Below, in pieces: positions 34,710 through 43,790 of a DNA stretch of 64,000 nt. Within the stretch, counting starts at the first letter, position 1. Each line of letters opens with the position of its first letter. The translations under genes and the position numbers were made by a program. The notes below the pieces were generated by a model. The model was given only the letters and a program-made list of their open reading frames with translations. It searched no databases and was not told the DNA's origin. This DNA comes from Candidatus Parcubacteria bacterium (GTDB lineage: Bacteria; Patescibacteriota; Minisyncoccia; Sungbacterales; SURF-37), in the NCBI GenBank assembly GCA_003599755.1, contig QZJO01000007.1, positions 41,221 to 105,220 on the forward strand. The letters run 5' to 3'.

Positions 34710-36977
34710 ATGACTCTGTCTAACTCTAGAAAACGAAGGCAGATTGAAATACTCCTTGTCGTATTGATACTTGTTGTGCTTATTGCAGGAATTTACGCGC
34801 CGCCTGCATTCGCGCAAACAACAAAACAGCTTGGACAAATGGGTATACAGGTGCCCGGCGGCGGATCATCGGCGCCACCGCCCGACGTCTTCAGCTGCTC
34901 CTGGTGGTCACACGGCTTCGCGTGCGGCGCGTATCGAATACTGGACTCGCTGAGCGACTTTGTTACTTCATACTTCGTTCGGCTCGCGGCATATATATTT
35001 GATACGTTCCTCCGCTTCGCACTTTTGGACATCAGCCAGACCACGATCGTCAAGGTGGGAAGCTCGATTGCAGTAGCCACGGCAAATTTATTCTTCATCC
35101 TCATTCTCCTTTGGATCGCCATTGCCACGATCTTCGATTGGGCGGATTATTCGGCACGCCAACTTTTGCCGAAACTCATCATCATCGCACTCCTCATCAA
35201 CTTCAGCGTGGCTATCGGCGCGACTATCATCAATCTTTCCAACGGCATCGCGCGCACGTTTTACTGCGTCATCGCGGGAACTTCCACGCTTTGCCCAGCT
35301 AACCCGGGCGGTGACAGCAAATCCATAAGCGAAAACTTTGCCGATATTTCAAAATTCAGATCAGTCGCCGTCATAACGCGGGAGGACTTACCGCCCCCCC
35401 AAGGTACTCCAACGAGCAGCGAAAACGAATTAAAAGGCGCATTCATAGCTATTTTTGCTAAGATGCTACTCGCTCCCGTGCTCATTTTCACACTCCTGGC
35501 CGGTGCGTTTTTCATCCTCGCTCGGCAAATCGCGCTTATGTTCGTGCTCATCCTGAGCCCGCTCGCGTTTTTCTTTTATATATTGCCAGGCACGCGCGGC
35601 ATGAATAGCAGATGGTGGTCCGCGCTCTTCAAATGGAGTTTTTTCCTGCCGGCGTACCTCTTTTTCATCATGCTCACCATTAAGACGGGCGGGGCCATGT
35701 TGACGGCCATCCAAGCAAATCCGAATGATCCCGCATCGGGCACGTTCACTTTATGGATGCAATATCTCGTGCTTATCGGATTGATGATCGGCTCGCTCAT
35801 TGTATCCAATCAGCTTTCCATCTATGGCGCCGGCGCGGTGACGAACCTTGGAAAACGCTGGAGCAAGGGCGCTGGGAAACGCGTAGGATGGAAAGTGGGC
35901 AGCCTTGCTGCGCGCGGAGCTCTCCGCACGCCGGGCGTACGTCAAGCAGTAGGAAGAACTCCGGGACTTAAATATGCCGCGGCACTTGCCATTCAAAAAG
36001 ACGCCGCATATGCCAAGAAAAGGGCGGACTTCTACGCCAAACTGCCTGATGCACAACTTGCTCGCATGCTGCACACGATGAATCCAGGCATTCGACAGCA
36101 AGTATGGAACTCCCTCAAAGAAAGCCGCAGACAAACATTGCGCGGCATCGCACCGGATCTTGATCAATATGTTACCTCGCCAACATTCGGCCAGCGGATC
36201 CGTTCGAGTATCCTCGGACAGCCGGCAACGCCAGCGCAACAAGCCGCGCAGCGAGCTCTCCAGGAGCGTAATAACCGAATTGTCGCTGCGGCCATCACGC
36301 ATTTGCCGCAGAACATCCGAACGGCTGTTGAAGCAGGCATGCGCGAAGCCATGCAAAGCCTTCCGGAGAATGTAACCGTCGCTCAGGCCGTGGGCGCTGC
36401 GGAAGCATCGGCTCTTGAGGCAGCTCGCCGCGCATTTCCCGATTCTCCGGAAGTGGAAGAACGCATTCGTGAAGAATTCCGACGCCAGCAGGATGCTATC
36501 CGCGCCAGCGTAGAAACAGCCATGCATCCCGAGCGTCCGGCACGCAACGAGGCCATCTATACGCAGGTTGCGCCGCTCATCATGCAGCACCCGGCTATCC
36601 AAAATCTGCCAAACGACGTCCGCATTTCCGTTTCGCTCGCCGTGGAACGTTCTATCCGCGCCCTTCCCGCCAATGCAACACCGGAGATGGCAGCAGCCGC
36701 GATCGAGCAGGCGGTTCAGAGCGCCGTAGCCGCGCAGCCGCCTGCGCTCCGGCAAGCCGGAGAAGACGCGGTTCGCGCAACGCGCGAACAGATGGATCGA
36801 ATCCGTCAGGCAATCAACACCGCGCTGCGGACATTCCAAGAAAGCCAGCGCGCACGCTCCACAACCCCGCGTCCTAGACAGGCGCCCGCTGACTACGTTG
36901 CGGCTTACGAAGAACGTATTGAGGATCTCGAAAGCCGACTCGGCGGCCTCGAGGAGCGACAAGAAGGCGCTTCATGA
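34710..36977 (+). CDS. VirB6/TrbL-like polytopic membrane protein with a long hydrophilic C-terminal extension
   Basis: Signal peptide, ~8 TM helices in the first 400 aa, then a ~350-aa Ala/Arg/Gln-rich helical tail; size and topology resemble Gram-positive VirB6 analogues. Confidence 0.45.
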   Translation: MTLSNSRKRRQIEILLVVLILVVLIAGIYAPPAFAQTTKQLGQMGIQVPGGGSSAPPPDVFSCSWWSHGFACGAYRILDSLSDFVTSYFVRLAAYIFDTFLRFALLDISQTTIVKVGSSIAVATANLFFILILLWIAIATIFDWADYSARQLLPKLIIIALLINFSVAIGATIINLSNGIARTFYCVIAGTSTLCPANPGGDSKSISENFADISKFRSVAVITREDLPPPQGTPTSSENELKGAFIAIFAKMLLAPVLIFTLLAGAFFILARQIALMFVLILSPLAFFFYILPGTRGMNSRWWSALFKWSFFLPAYLFFIMLTIKTGGAMLTAIQANPNDPASGTFTLWMQYLVLIGLMIGSLIVSNQLSIYGAGAVTNLGKRWSKGAGKRVGWKVGSLAARGALRTPGVRQAVGRTPGLKYAAALAIQKDAAYAKKRADFYAKLPDAQLARMLHTMNPGIRQQVWNSLKESRRQTLRGIAPDLDQYVTSPTFGQRIRSSILGQPATPAQQAAQRALQERNNRIVAAAITHLPQNIRTAVEAGMREAMQSLPENVTVAQAVGAAEASALEAARRAFPDSPEVEERIREEFRRQQDAIRASVETAMHPERPARNEAIYTQVAPLIMQHPAIQNLPNDVRISVSLAVERSIRALPANATPEMAAAAIEQAVQSAVAAQPPALRQAGEDAVRATREQMDRIRQAINTALRTFQESQRARSTTPRPRQAPADYVAAYEERIEDLESRLGGLEERQEGAS

Positions 36978-38509
36978 GCATACATATCGGAGAACAACTT
37001 TCTCTGTGGGAGCGGACATTACCGGATGAAATCCGGGATATTGTTTCCTCCATGCCCCTTGAAGCCGCAATTACTACGATTAGCCAGCGCTATCAATTCT
37101 CGCCCGAAATGACATCGGCCTTAGTAACGGAGATCGGCGGTTTCGTGACCGGCACGACATCGGCCCGCGAATTTCTCTCTCACCTGATTGAGCTTAACCA
37201 TGGAGACACGCACGCGACCACTGCATTCACCCGCCTGCTCCTCGCAGAAATTTTGATTCCCCTGCGCACTGCAATGCGTCAACGCCTTGTGCGCCAAGGC
37301 CCCAAGCCCTGGGGGGCGAAGTCACTTACAAAAGCGCCCCCACCCCACGTGGCGCCGCCAGCTGTTGCCCCGCCGAAGCCCGCAACCCCTCCGTCGCCAG
37401 CTCGAATTCCTCCGCCCCCGCCACCCCCACTGGCGCCGCAGCCCGCCGCCCCCGCGCCGCGGCCGATTATCATGCCGCCGGTCGGCGCCGCGCCCCATGC
37501 AGCGGCCGACCCCACCGAGGAAACCATCACCAAATATTATCGCGACCTGCCGCCCGTGGTGCGCGATGCCATGCGTGGCATTCCGATCACCCGGATCCTG
37601 TACGACATCGGCCGCGAGCACCAGTTGACCGTTGAACAAACCGGCAAGATGGCCGACGCGGTCATGCAGTTTGTCGCCGGCAAAGCGAATCAAGACGCAT
37701 TCTTGGACACACTCCTTGATATCTTCGGCGGCTTCCGCCAGAAATCCGCGGCCGCATCACAGGAAATCAATACCAAGATTTTTTCACCGATCCGCAAAGC
37801 GCTCAAAACCACGACGCTCGAATCGCTGCATGCCGAACCGCCGACAAAGTCCGCGCCGGCAGCTGCCAAGCCCGGAGAACCGTCCGTACCGACGGCGTCT
37901 CCCGCGCCTCATCCCAAACCGTCTCCTTCGACGGATTCGACCCCTTCGACGGGCTCAGGGCAAACACGCTCACCAGAAGCAAGCTTCCCTCGGCCCGAGC
38001 TCGGGACGAAGGCAGGGCAAGCGCCGCCGGTCGTGCCCGCCCGCCCGGCGGTACCACCGATTCCACCGCCGCCTGCGGTGAGTCGCGTCGAACCACCGAC
38101 CGCGCCGTCGCCAGCGCCAAAACTCCAAACCCCGCCTCCCGCAACACCCAAGCCGTCTGCCCCGAGCCGAGTCGAGGGGCCGCGCGAGCCCGAGCCGTGG
38201 ATCATCTATCCTTTGCGTACGCCGACGCCGCGGCCGGTTTCTCCGTCTGATACAGAAACTCCTGCCGCGCCCGCCCCGCAGCCGGCCGCATCCCCGCAAC
38301 CGCCGACGCCGCCTTCGCCCCCGGCGTCTCCGAGCCCGGTGCCGCCTTCGACGGGCTCAGGGCAAACACGCTCACCAGAAGCAAGCTTCCCTCGGCCTGA
38401 GCTCGGGACGAAAGCAGGGCAAGCGCCGCCGAATTTGCCGACCGCGCCCGGTCGCGCGCCCATGCCGCATCGGGACAATGATCCGTATCGGGAAAAACCC
38501 GGCGCCTAA
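36974..38509 (+). CDS. proline-rich repeat protein
   Basis: ATGA overlap with the upstream gene; PxP-rich; contains two near-identical 29-aa repeats PSTGSGQTRSPEASFPRPELGTKAGQAPP. Confidence 0.45.
   Translation: MSIHIGEQLSLWERTLPDEIRDIVSSMPLEAAITTISQRYQFSPEMTSALVTEIGGFVTGTTSAREFLSHLIELNHGDTHATTAFTRLLLAEILIPLRTAMRQRLVRQGPKPWGAKSLTKAPPPHVAPPAVAPPKPATPPSPARIPPPPPPPLAPQPAAPAPRPIIMPPVGAAPHAAADPTEETITKYYRDLPPVVRDAMRGIPITRILYDIGREHQLTVEQTGKMADAVMQFVAGKANQDAFLDTLLDIFGGFRQKSAAASQEINTKIFSPIRKALKTTTLESLHAEPPTKSAPAAAKPGEPSVPTASPAPHPKPSPSTDSTPSTGSGQTRSPEASFPRPELGTKAGQAPPVVPARPAVPPIPPPPAVSRVEPPTAPSPAPKLQTPPPATPKPSAPSRVEGPREPEPWIIYPLRTPTPRPVSPSDTETPAAPAPQPAASPQPPTPPSPPASPSPVPPSTGSGQTRSPEASFPRPELGTKAGQAPPNLPTAPGRAPMPHRDNDPYREKPGA
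37943..38029 (+). repeat. 87-bp direct repeat, copy 1 (within the proline-rich gene)
   Basis: 85/87 identical to 38345-38431. Confidence 0.6.
38345..38431 (+). repeat. 87-bp direct repeat, copy 2
   Basis: 85/87 identical to 37943-38029; both in frame. Confidence 0.6.
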
Positions 38510-38521
38510 TCACGGACATCC

Positions 38522-39082
38522 ATGGCGGCGGCAACCATTCCAGACATCATGAAGGAATTCCAAGTGCCCCAATTCATCACCGTCGAAGACCGCATTGTCG
38601 GCCCGTTTACGCTGCGCCAATTTTTCTTCCTGCTCGGCGGCGCGTCCATTCTGCTCGTGGGCTGGTTTCTTTTGCCCCTGATCGTGTTTTTCCTGCTGGC
38701 GCTGCCCGCCGCAGCCGGCGTCGGCGCGCTTCCGTTTGCGAAAGTGCAGGGCTTGCCGCTTACCACCGTGCTTTCGAGCGCCATGAACTATTACACCCGC
38801 CCGCGCTTGTACGTATGGCGCGCCCTGCCGCCGAAAGGCACGGAACCCAAAGAATCCGCCGCGGCGGCGAAGGAACTCGAACAAGAGAACCAATTGCGCC
38901 GAATGGCCGGGCAGCAGCTGGCCGCGGCGCCGAAACCCGGAAGTACCGACACGACGCTTACCGAAAAGCGCCTCCAGGACCTTGCCTGGAGCTTGGACAT
39001 CAAGGAAACCGTTGAACGCCCGCTTCGCCAAGGCACCGCCTCGCCGACAGGCGGGTCCGGCGAGGCGAGCCGTCCCTCATAA
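38522..39082 (+). CDS. PrgI-like (VirB3 analogue) small membrane protein
   Basis: ATIPDIMKEFQVPQFITVEDRIVGPFTLRQFFFLLGGASILLVGWFLLPLIVFF pattern typical of PrgI/VirB3 proteins encoded just upstream of VirB4. Confidence 0.45.
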   Translation: MAAATIPDIMKEFQVPQFITVEDRIVGPFTLRQFFFLLGGASILLVGWFLLPLIVFFLLALPAAAGVGALPFAKVQGLPLTTVLSSAMNYYTRPRLYVWRALPPKGTEPKESAAAAKELEQENQLRRMAGQQLAAAPKPGSTDTTLTEKRLQDLAWSLDIKETVERPLRQGTASPTGGSGEASRPS

Positions 39083-39084
39083 CC

Positions 39085-39741
39085 ATGGCAACTCCTGCGC
39101 GCAAATCAGCCGTTACCCAGGACTTCGTCCTGATCGAATCCATTCGGGACGGCATTGTCCTTTTGAAAGACGGCGGCCTACGCGCCGTGCTTATGGCATC
39201 GTCCTTAAATTTTGCCTTGAAATCGGAAGAGGAGCAGGACGCGATCGTTTTCCAATACGAAAATTTCCTGAACTCGCTCGACTTTACCGTGCAATTCGTC
39301 GTCCATTCGCGGCGGCTCAATATCCAGCCGTACCTGGATACGCTTGCCGCGCGGCAGAACGAGGAGACGCAGGAACTCTTGCGCGTGCAAATCGCCGAAT
39401 ACATCGAATTCGTTCGTTCGTTCGTGGAACTTTCCGAAGTCGTATCCAAGACGTTTTACATTGTCGTGCCGTTCCAGCCCTCGATCGTCGAACAGCGCGC
39501 GGGACTCTTCACGAAATTCTTCGGCAGCGGAGCTAAAACCGCGGCAAGCGGCGCCGAAGATGATTTCGGCCATTACAAAAATCAGCTCTTGCAGCGCGTG
39601 GAGTCGGTCAGCTTGGGGCTCCGGCGGCTGGGACTGCGCGTCGTCGAACTCAACACCGAAGAGCTGATTGAGCTGTATTACAACATCTTCAATCCGGCCG
39701 AATCGCAGCGCGCGCAGATACCCGCGCAATCGCGCGAATAA
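39085..39741 (+). CDS. VirB4-family ATPase, N-terminal domain (separate reading frame)
   Basis: DGIVLLKDGGLRAVLMASSLNFALKSEEEQDAIVFQYENFLNSLDFTVQFVVHSRRL resembles the N-terminal domain of Gram-positive VirB4 (TraE/PrgJ) proteins; stops 2 nt before the ATPase ORF in a different frame. Confidence 0.45.
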   Translation: MATPARKSAVTQDFVLIESIRDGIVLLKDGGLRAVLMASSLNFALKSEEEQDAIVFQYENFLNSLDFTVQFVVHSRRLNIQPYLDTLAARQNEETQELLRVQIAEYIEFVRSFVELSEVVSKTFYIVVPFQPSIVEQRAGLFTKFFGSGAKTAASGAEDDFGHYKNQLLQRVESVSLGLRRLGLRVVELNTEELIELYYNIFNPAESQRAQIPAQSRE

Positions 39742-39743
39742 CC

Positions 39744-41558
39744 ATGGAATTCCCATCCCTCTTCGGAAAGAAAACCCAACCGGTCGAGGATCTGGCGCCC
39801 GTAGCGCCGGAGCAGATTTACCGCACCGGCGCGGCCACATTGCGCGACGTTATCGCTCCCGCGGCCCTCGAGGTCAATCCGAGCTTTATCCGCCTGGGCG
39901 AGAAATTCGTCCGGACCCTTTTCGTATTCTCGTATCCGCGGTATCTGGCGACCAACTGGTTCTCGCCGATCATCAATCTCGACAAGGTATTCGACATCAC
40001 GTTTTTCATCCATCCGGTGGATACGGCCATCGTTATGCGGCAACTCCGCAAACAGGTGGCGCGCGTGCAATCTCAGATCGCGATGCGCGAAGAAAAAGGG
40101 CAGGTGCGCGATCCACTCCTGGAAACCGCATATCAAGACCTCGAAGATCTGCGCGACCGCCTGCAGCAAGCGCGGGAACGCCTCTTCAATTTCGGCCTTT
40201 ATATTTCGCTCTACGCTTCCAAGGTAGAGGAGCTCGACCGATTGGAGAACGAAATGCGCGCGCTCTTAGAGGCCCGATTGGTCTACGTCAAACCTGCGCT
40301 GTTCCAGCAGGCCGAGGCCTTCCGATCATGCGTGCCGCTCGATACCGACGAGCTGCAGATCAGCACCTACCTCAATTCAGGGCCGGTATCGAGCACGTTT
40401 CCGTTCGTATCGTTCGACCTTACGTCCAACAAGGGGATTCTCTACGGCGTCAACCGCCACAACAACTCGCTCATCCTCTTCGATCGTTGGTCATTACCCA
40501 ATGCCAATTCCGTAACGTTCGCGACGTCCGGTGCGGGCAAAAGCTACGCGATGAAACTCGAGGTTTTACGCTCGCTGATGTTCGGCGTGCACGTCATCAT
40601 CATCGACCCCGAACGCGAATACCAGTATCTGGCCGAAGTGGTCGGCGGAGCGTACTTCAACATCTCGCTGACTTCGCCGAACCACATCAATCCGTTCGAT
40701 CTGCCCGTGCCCCGCGAAGACGAATCGCCGGCCGACGTGCTTCGTTCCAATATCATCAATTTGGTCGGATTTTTCCGGATTCTGCTCGGCGGCCTGACCC
40801 CCGAAGAAGACGCGCTTTTGGACCGCGCCATCACCGAAACATACGCCGCGCGCGACATCACGGCCGAATCCGACTTCGGCGCGATCACGCCGCCCACGCT
40901 TTCGGACCTCGCGCTCGTGGTCGCGAGCACCCAAGGAGGCGAACAGATCGCGACGCGCATCAAGAAATATACCGAGGGCACTTGGTCCGGGTTCTTGAAC
41001 CAGCAGACGAATCTCGATATCCAAAACCGCCTCGTGGTCTTTTCCGTGCGGGATATGGAAGAGGAATTGCGGCCGGTCGCGATGTATATCGTACTCCACT
41101 ACATCTGGAACATCGTGCGCACCGATCTCAAGAAGCGGCTCCTGGTCGTGGACGAGGCCTGGTGGCTCATGCGCACCGAGGACGGCGCATCATTCCTCTA
41201 CGGCATCGCCAAGCGCGCCCGCAAATACTTCCTCGGCCTCGCGACGATCACGCAGGACGTCGCCGATTTCATGGATTCGCCCTACGGCAAGCCGATCGTG
41301 ACGAACTCCTCGCTGCAGCTATTGCTTAAGCAATCACCGGCCACGATCCAGAAAGTCGTCGAGACGTTCAACCTGACCGAAGAAGAAAAATTCCTGCTGT
41401 TGGAATCCGAGGTAGGGGAAGGGATCTTTTTCGCCGGCCTCAAGCACGTAGCGATTAAAATTATCGCGTCCTACAGCGAAGACCAGGTCATCACGTCCGA
41501 CCCGCAGCAATTGATGCTCATCAAAAAGGCGCGCGAAGAATTCGATCAGAAACAATAA
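39744..41558 (+). CDS. VirB4/TrbE/CagE-family conjugal-transfer ATPase (C-terminal 604 aa)
   Basis: RTLFVFSYPRYLATNWFSPII.., Walker A FATSGAGKSYAMKLEV, Walker B LLVVDEAWWLM. Confidence 0.7.
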   Translation: MEFPSLFGKKTQPVEDLAPVAPEQIYRTGAATLRDVIAPAALEVNPSFIRLGEKFVRTLFVFSYPRYLATNWFSPIINLDKVFDITFFIHPVDTAIVMRQLRKQVARVQSQIAMREEKGQVRDPLLETAYQDLEDLRDRLQQARERLFNFGLYISLYASKVEELDRLENEMRALLEARLVYVKPALFQQAEAFRSCVPLDTDELQISTYLNSGPVSSTFPFVSFDLTSNKGILYGVNRHNNSLILFDRWSLPNANSVTFATSGAGKSYAMKLEVLRSLMFGVHVIIIDPEREYQYLAEVVGGAYFNISLTSPNHINPFDLPVPREDESPADVLRSNIINLVGFFRILLGGLTPEEDALLDRAITETYAARDITAESDFGAITPPTLSDLALVVASTQGGEQIATRIKKYTEGTWSGFLNQQTNLDIQNRLVVFSVRDMEEELRPVAMYIVLHYIWNIVRTDLKKRLLVVDEAWWLMRTEDGASFLYGIAKRARKYFLGLATITQDVADFMDSPYGKPIVTNSSLQLLLKQSPATIQKVVETFNLTEEEKFLLLESEVGEGIFFAGLKHVAIKIIASYSEDQVITSDPQQLMLIKKAREEFDQKQ

Positions 41559-41566
41559 ATCTAACC

Positions 41567-42085
41567 ATGGCATCACGCGGGGAAGAAGCACAACGACGAA
41601 TGGCCCTATACGCGGCCCGATATGAAGACCGACAGATCGTCGAGTCAATAAATACGTTCGTCATGAAGGAGGCGAAACGGATCGCCGACAAGTTGAATGA
41701 ACAGATCGAGCGTGGCAACGACGGAGCTGCTTTCACTATCGCCCTTATGCTGGGGTTGCTTAAAGACGGCGTGCTTGATTGGATCCTCGACTTCCTACTC
41801 ATCGGCGAGATCCCTGTAATTGGGCAGATCCCCGGTCTCCTCGTTTCCGGTATAATCATGTACTTCCTTTGGGGCAAAGGCTGGTTCCTTAAATCAAAGA
41901 TACGAGTGATGTATTGGATACTCGGTCTTTTCTTCGACAATCTGCCGCTTTTCAATAATCTGCCGCTCACCACGCTCGTTATCCTCTACGCTTGGCACAA
42001 CGTGCGGAAAGACATGCGTGAAGCCGAAGAAAAAAGGGAGGAATTAGAAACGCAAGTCGGCCGTACACTCCAGGAAGCAGCATGA
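41567..42085 (+). CDS. small membrane protein (3 TM), lower GC
   Basis: Hydrophobic core IALMLGLL..IIMYFLW..LGLFFDNLP; no family recognised. Confidence 0.4.
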   Translation: MASRGEEAQRRMALYAARYEDRQIVESINTFVMKEAKRIADKLNEQIERGNDGAAFTIALMLGLLKDGVLDWILDFLLIGEIPVIGQIPGLLVSGIIMYFLWGKGWFLKSKIRVMYWILGLFFDNLPLFNNLPLTTLVILYAWHNVRKDMREAEEKREELETQVGRTLQEAA

Positions 42086-43398
42086 GGTATACTTATTGCA
42101 CAGGTATGAACCCCGCTCCAGCCATTCGCTCTGTCGCGATCCTCGCAACCGGTTTGCTTGTTGTGGCGGCCTGGTCGCTCGTTGGTGCTCAAACGACCCA
42201 GACGATTCCGCTTTTCACACTCGACATTTCGCCGCTGCCGGTGTTTGCCGGCGACCAAGCGGTCATTACCGTGCTGCCGCAGAACTTCAACACCGCGAGC
42301 ACGACGTTTCAATGGAAATATAATGGCGCGGCGGTGCCGAGCGCGTCGGGAATCGGAAAGAGCCAATACGCGATCGGCACTGCGGCCCAGGGTCCGGAAA
42401 TCATCACGATATCGGTGCTCGTGGACCCCGGCCCCGGATTTCAGCCGCGCGAACTCTCCCAGATCGTTGTCACGGTGCAGCGGCCCGAAGACCCCACCGA
42501 TCTTTTAGGCGCGCTGCAATCGGATTTTTCGCTCGAGCTATCGCCCGAAAGTCCGAACCCCGGCCAAGAAGTGCGCGTCTCGGTCACGAGCTTGGCGTTT
42601 GATCGCGAGCGCGCGAGCTTCCAATGGTCGGTCAACGGCGCGGCGCAGGCCGGCGCAGGTGGCCGCGGCCGCTGGTTTCTTACGCTGCCGCCCGGTCGCG
42701 AGGGAGAATCACGAACCGTGCGCGTGACCGTCACCACGCCGGCCGGCCTGACGCGGACGCAGAGCATCACCGTACAGAGCATTTCCATGCCGCTCTATTG
42801 GTGGACGAATACCGAGGTACCGTATTGGTACAAGGGCAAAGCCCTGCCGACGGCGGCTTCTGAACTATCGGTAGCTGCATTCCCCAACGTTGCCAACGCG
42901 CGGGATCTCGCATACCGCTGGGAACTCAATGACACCATAGCGCCCGCCGCGTCGGGTATCGGCCGCGCCGCGTTTTCCCTGCCGCTTACGCTGCCGATTG
43001 CCGAAAAAATTACGGTCACGGCACAAAACGCGAGCGGTTCATTCCGCAAAACCGGGAGCATCGCATTCGCGCCGCTGCCGCCGCTCGTGCGGGTTTATCC
43101 AAACGATGCGCCGGGCCTGCCTCCGGGAGAAGCCATTGCAACATACGAGGCATCGGCCGGTTCGCCCTATGCGTTTGTCGCGGTTCCGTTCTTTTTCTCG
43201 CGCGCCGCCGGGGGAACGGTGCAATATGCCTGGACGCTCAACGGCCGGCGCATCACCGGCGAATTCGACGAACCGTGGCTCTTTACGCTGCTCTCCGGCC
43301 CCCGCGAACCAAGCACCAACCGACTGTCGGTCGAAATCCGCGATCCGCGCCGCAGCGGCGCGGCAAGCAGTCGCGATCTCACGATCAATCTCCGCTAA
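42082..43398 (+). CDS. secreted protein with four tandem ~100-aa Ig-like repeats
   Basis: Signal peptide; recurring FQW(K/S)xNGAA, YRWELND, YAWTLNG motifs; likely start at the internal MNPAPAIRS. Confidence 0.45.
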   Translation: MRYTYCTGMNPAPAIRSVAILATGLLVVAAWSLVGAQTTQTIPLFTLDISPLPVFAGDQAVITVLPQNFNTASTTFQWKYNGAAVPSASGIGKSQYAIGTAAQGPEIITISVLVDPGPGFQPRELSQIVVTVQRPEDPTDLLGALQSDFSLELSPESPNPGQEVRVSVTSLAFDRERASFQWSVNGAAQAGAGGRGRWFLTLPPGREGESRTVRVTVTTPAGLTRTQSITVQSISMPLYWWTNTEVPYWYKGKALPTAASELSVAAFPNVANARDLAYRWELNDTIAPAASGIGRAAFSLPLTLPIAEKITVTAQNASGSFRKTGSIAFAPLPPLVRVYPNDAPGLPPGEAIATYEASAGSPYAFVAVPFFFSRAAGGTVQYAWTLNGRRITGEFDEPWLFTLLSGPREPSTNRLSVEIRDPRRSGAASSRDLTINLR

Positions 43399-43401
43399 TA
43401 T

Positions 43402-43788
43402 ATGCGAGCGATACTCTTTATAGGCCTTGCGCTGCTCCTCGCTTTTGGGCCGCTTGCTGCGCTTGCCGCCGGGCCTGTCGGCAACCCCGCCCTCACGGGT
43501 CCGCAAGACGTTCAGATCAATACGACCAAGTACCTCGGCAATCTCTACCTCTGGATGCTTGGATTCGTCGGCATTGCCGCGTTTTTCGCGATCGTGTACG
43601 GTGGTGTGCTCTACATGTTCTCCGGCCCAAACATCACGAAAGTTGACCAGGCCAAGACCTGGATCCAAAACGCCATTTTCGGCATTCTGCTTGCCGCCGC
43701 AAGCTACGTGATCCTCAATACCATTAATCCGGCTCTGGTAAATCATAACTTTGATCTCGAAACAATGATCAAGGATGCGCTTAAATAG
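43402..43788 (+). CDS. TrbC/VirB2-like pilin paralog 5
   Basis: Signal peptide MRAILFIGLALLLAFGPLAALAAGP, two TM helices separated by SGPNITKVDQAKTWIQN. Confidence 0.5.
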   Translation: MRAILFIGLALLLAFGPLAALAAGPVGNPALTGPQDVQINTTKYLGNLYLWMLGFVGIAAFFAIVYGGVLYMFSGPNITKVDQAKTWIQNAIFGILLAAASYVILNTINPALVNHNFDLETMIKDALK

Positions 43789-43790
43789 AT

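Noticed and set aside
37943-38431. Possibility that the 87-bp repeat pair is a DGR template/variable repeat
   Set aside because: Both copies are in frame inside one gene, the two mismatches are C>T and G>A rather than adenine-specific, and no reverse transcriptase gene is present in the window
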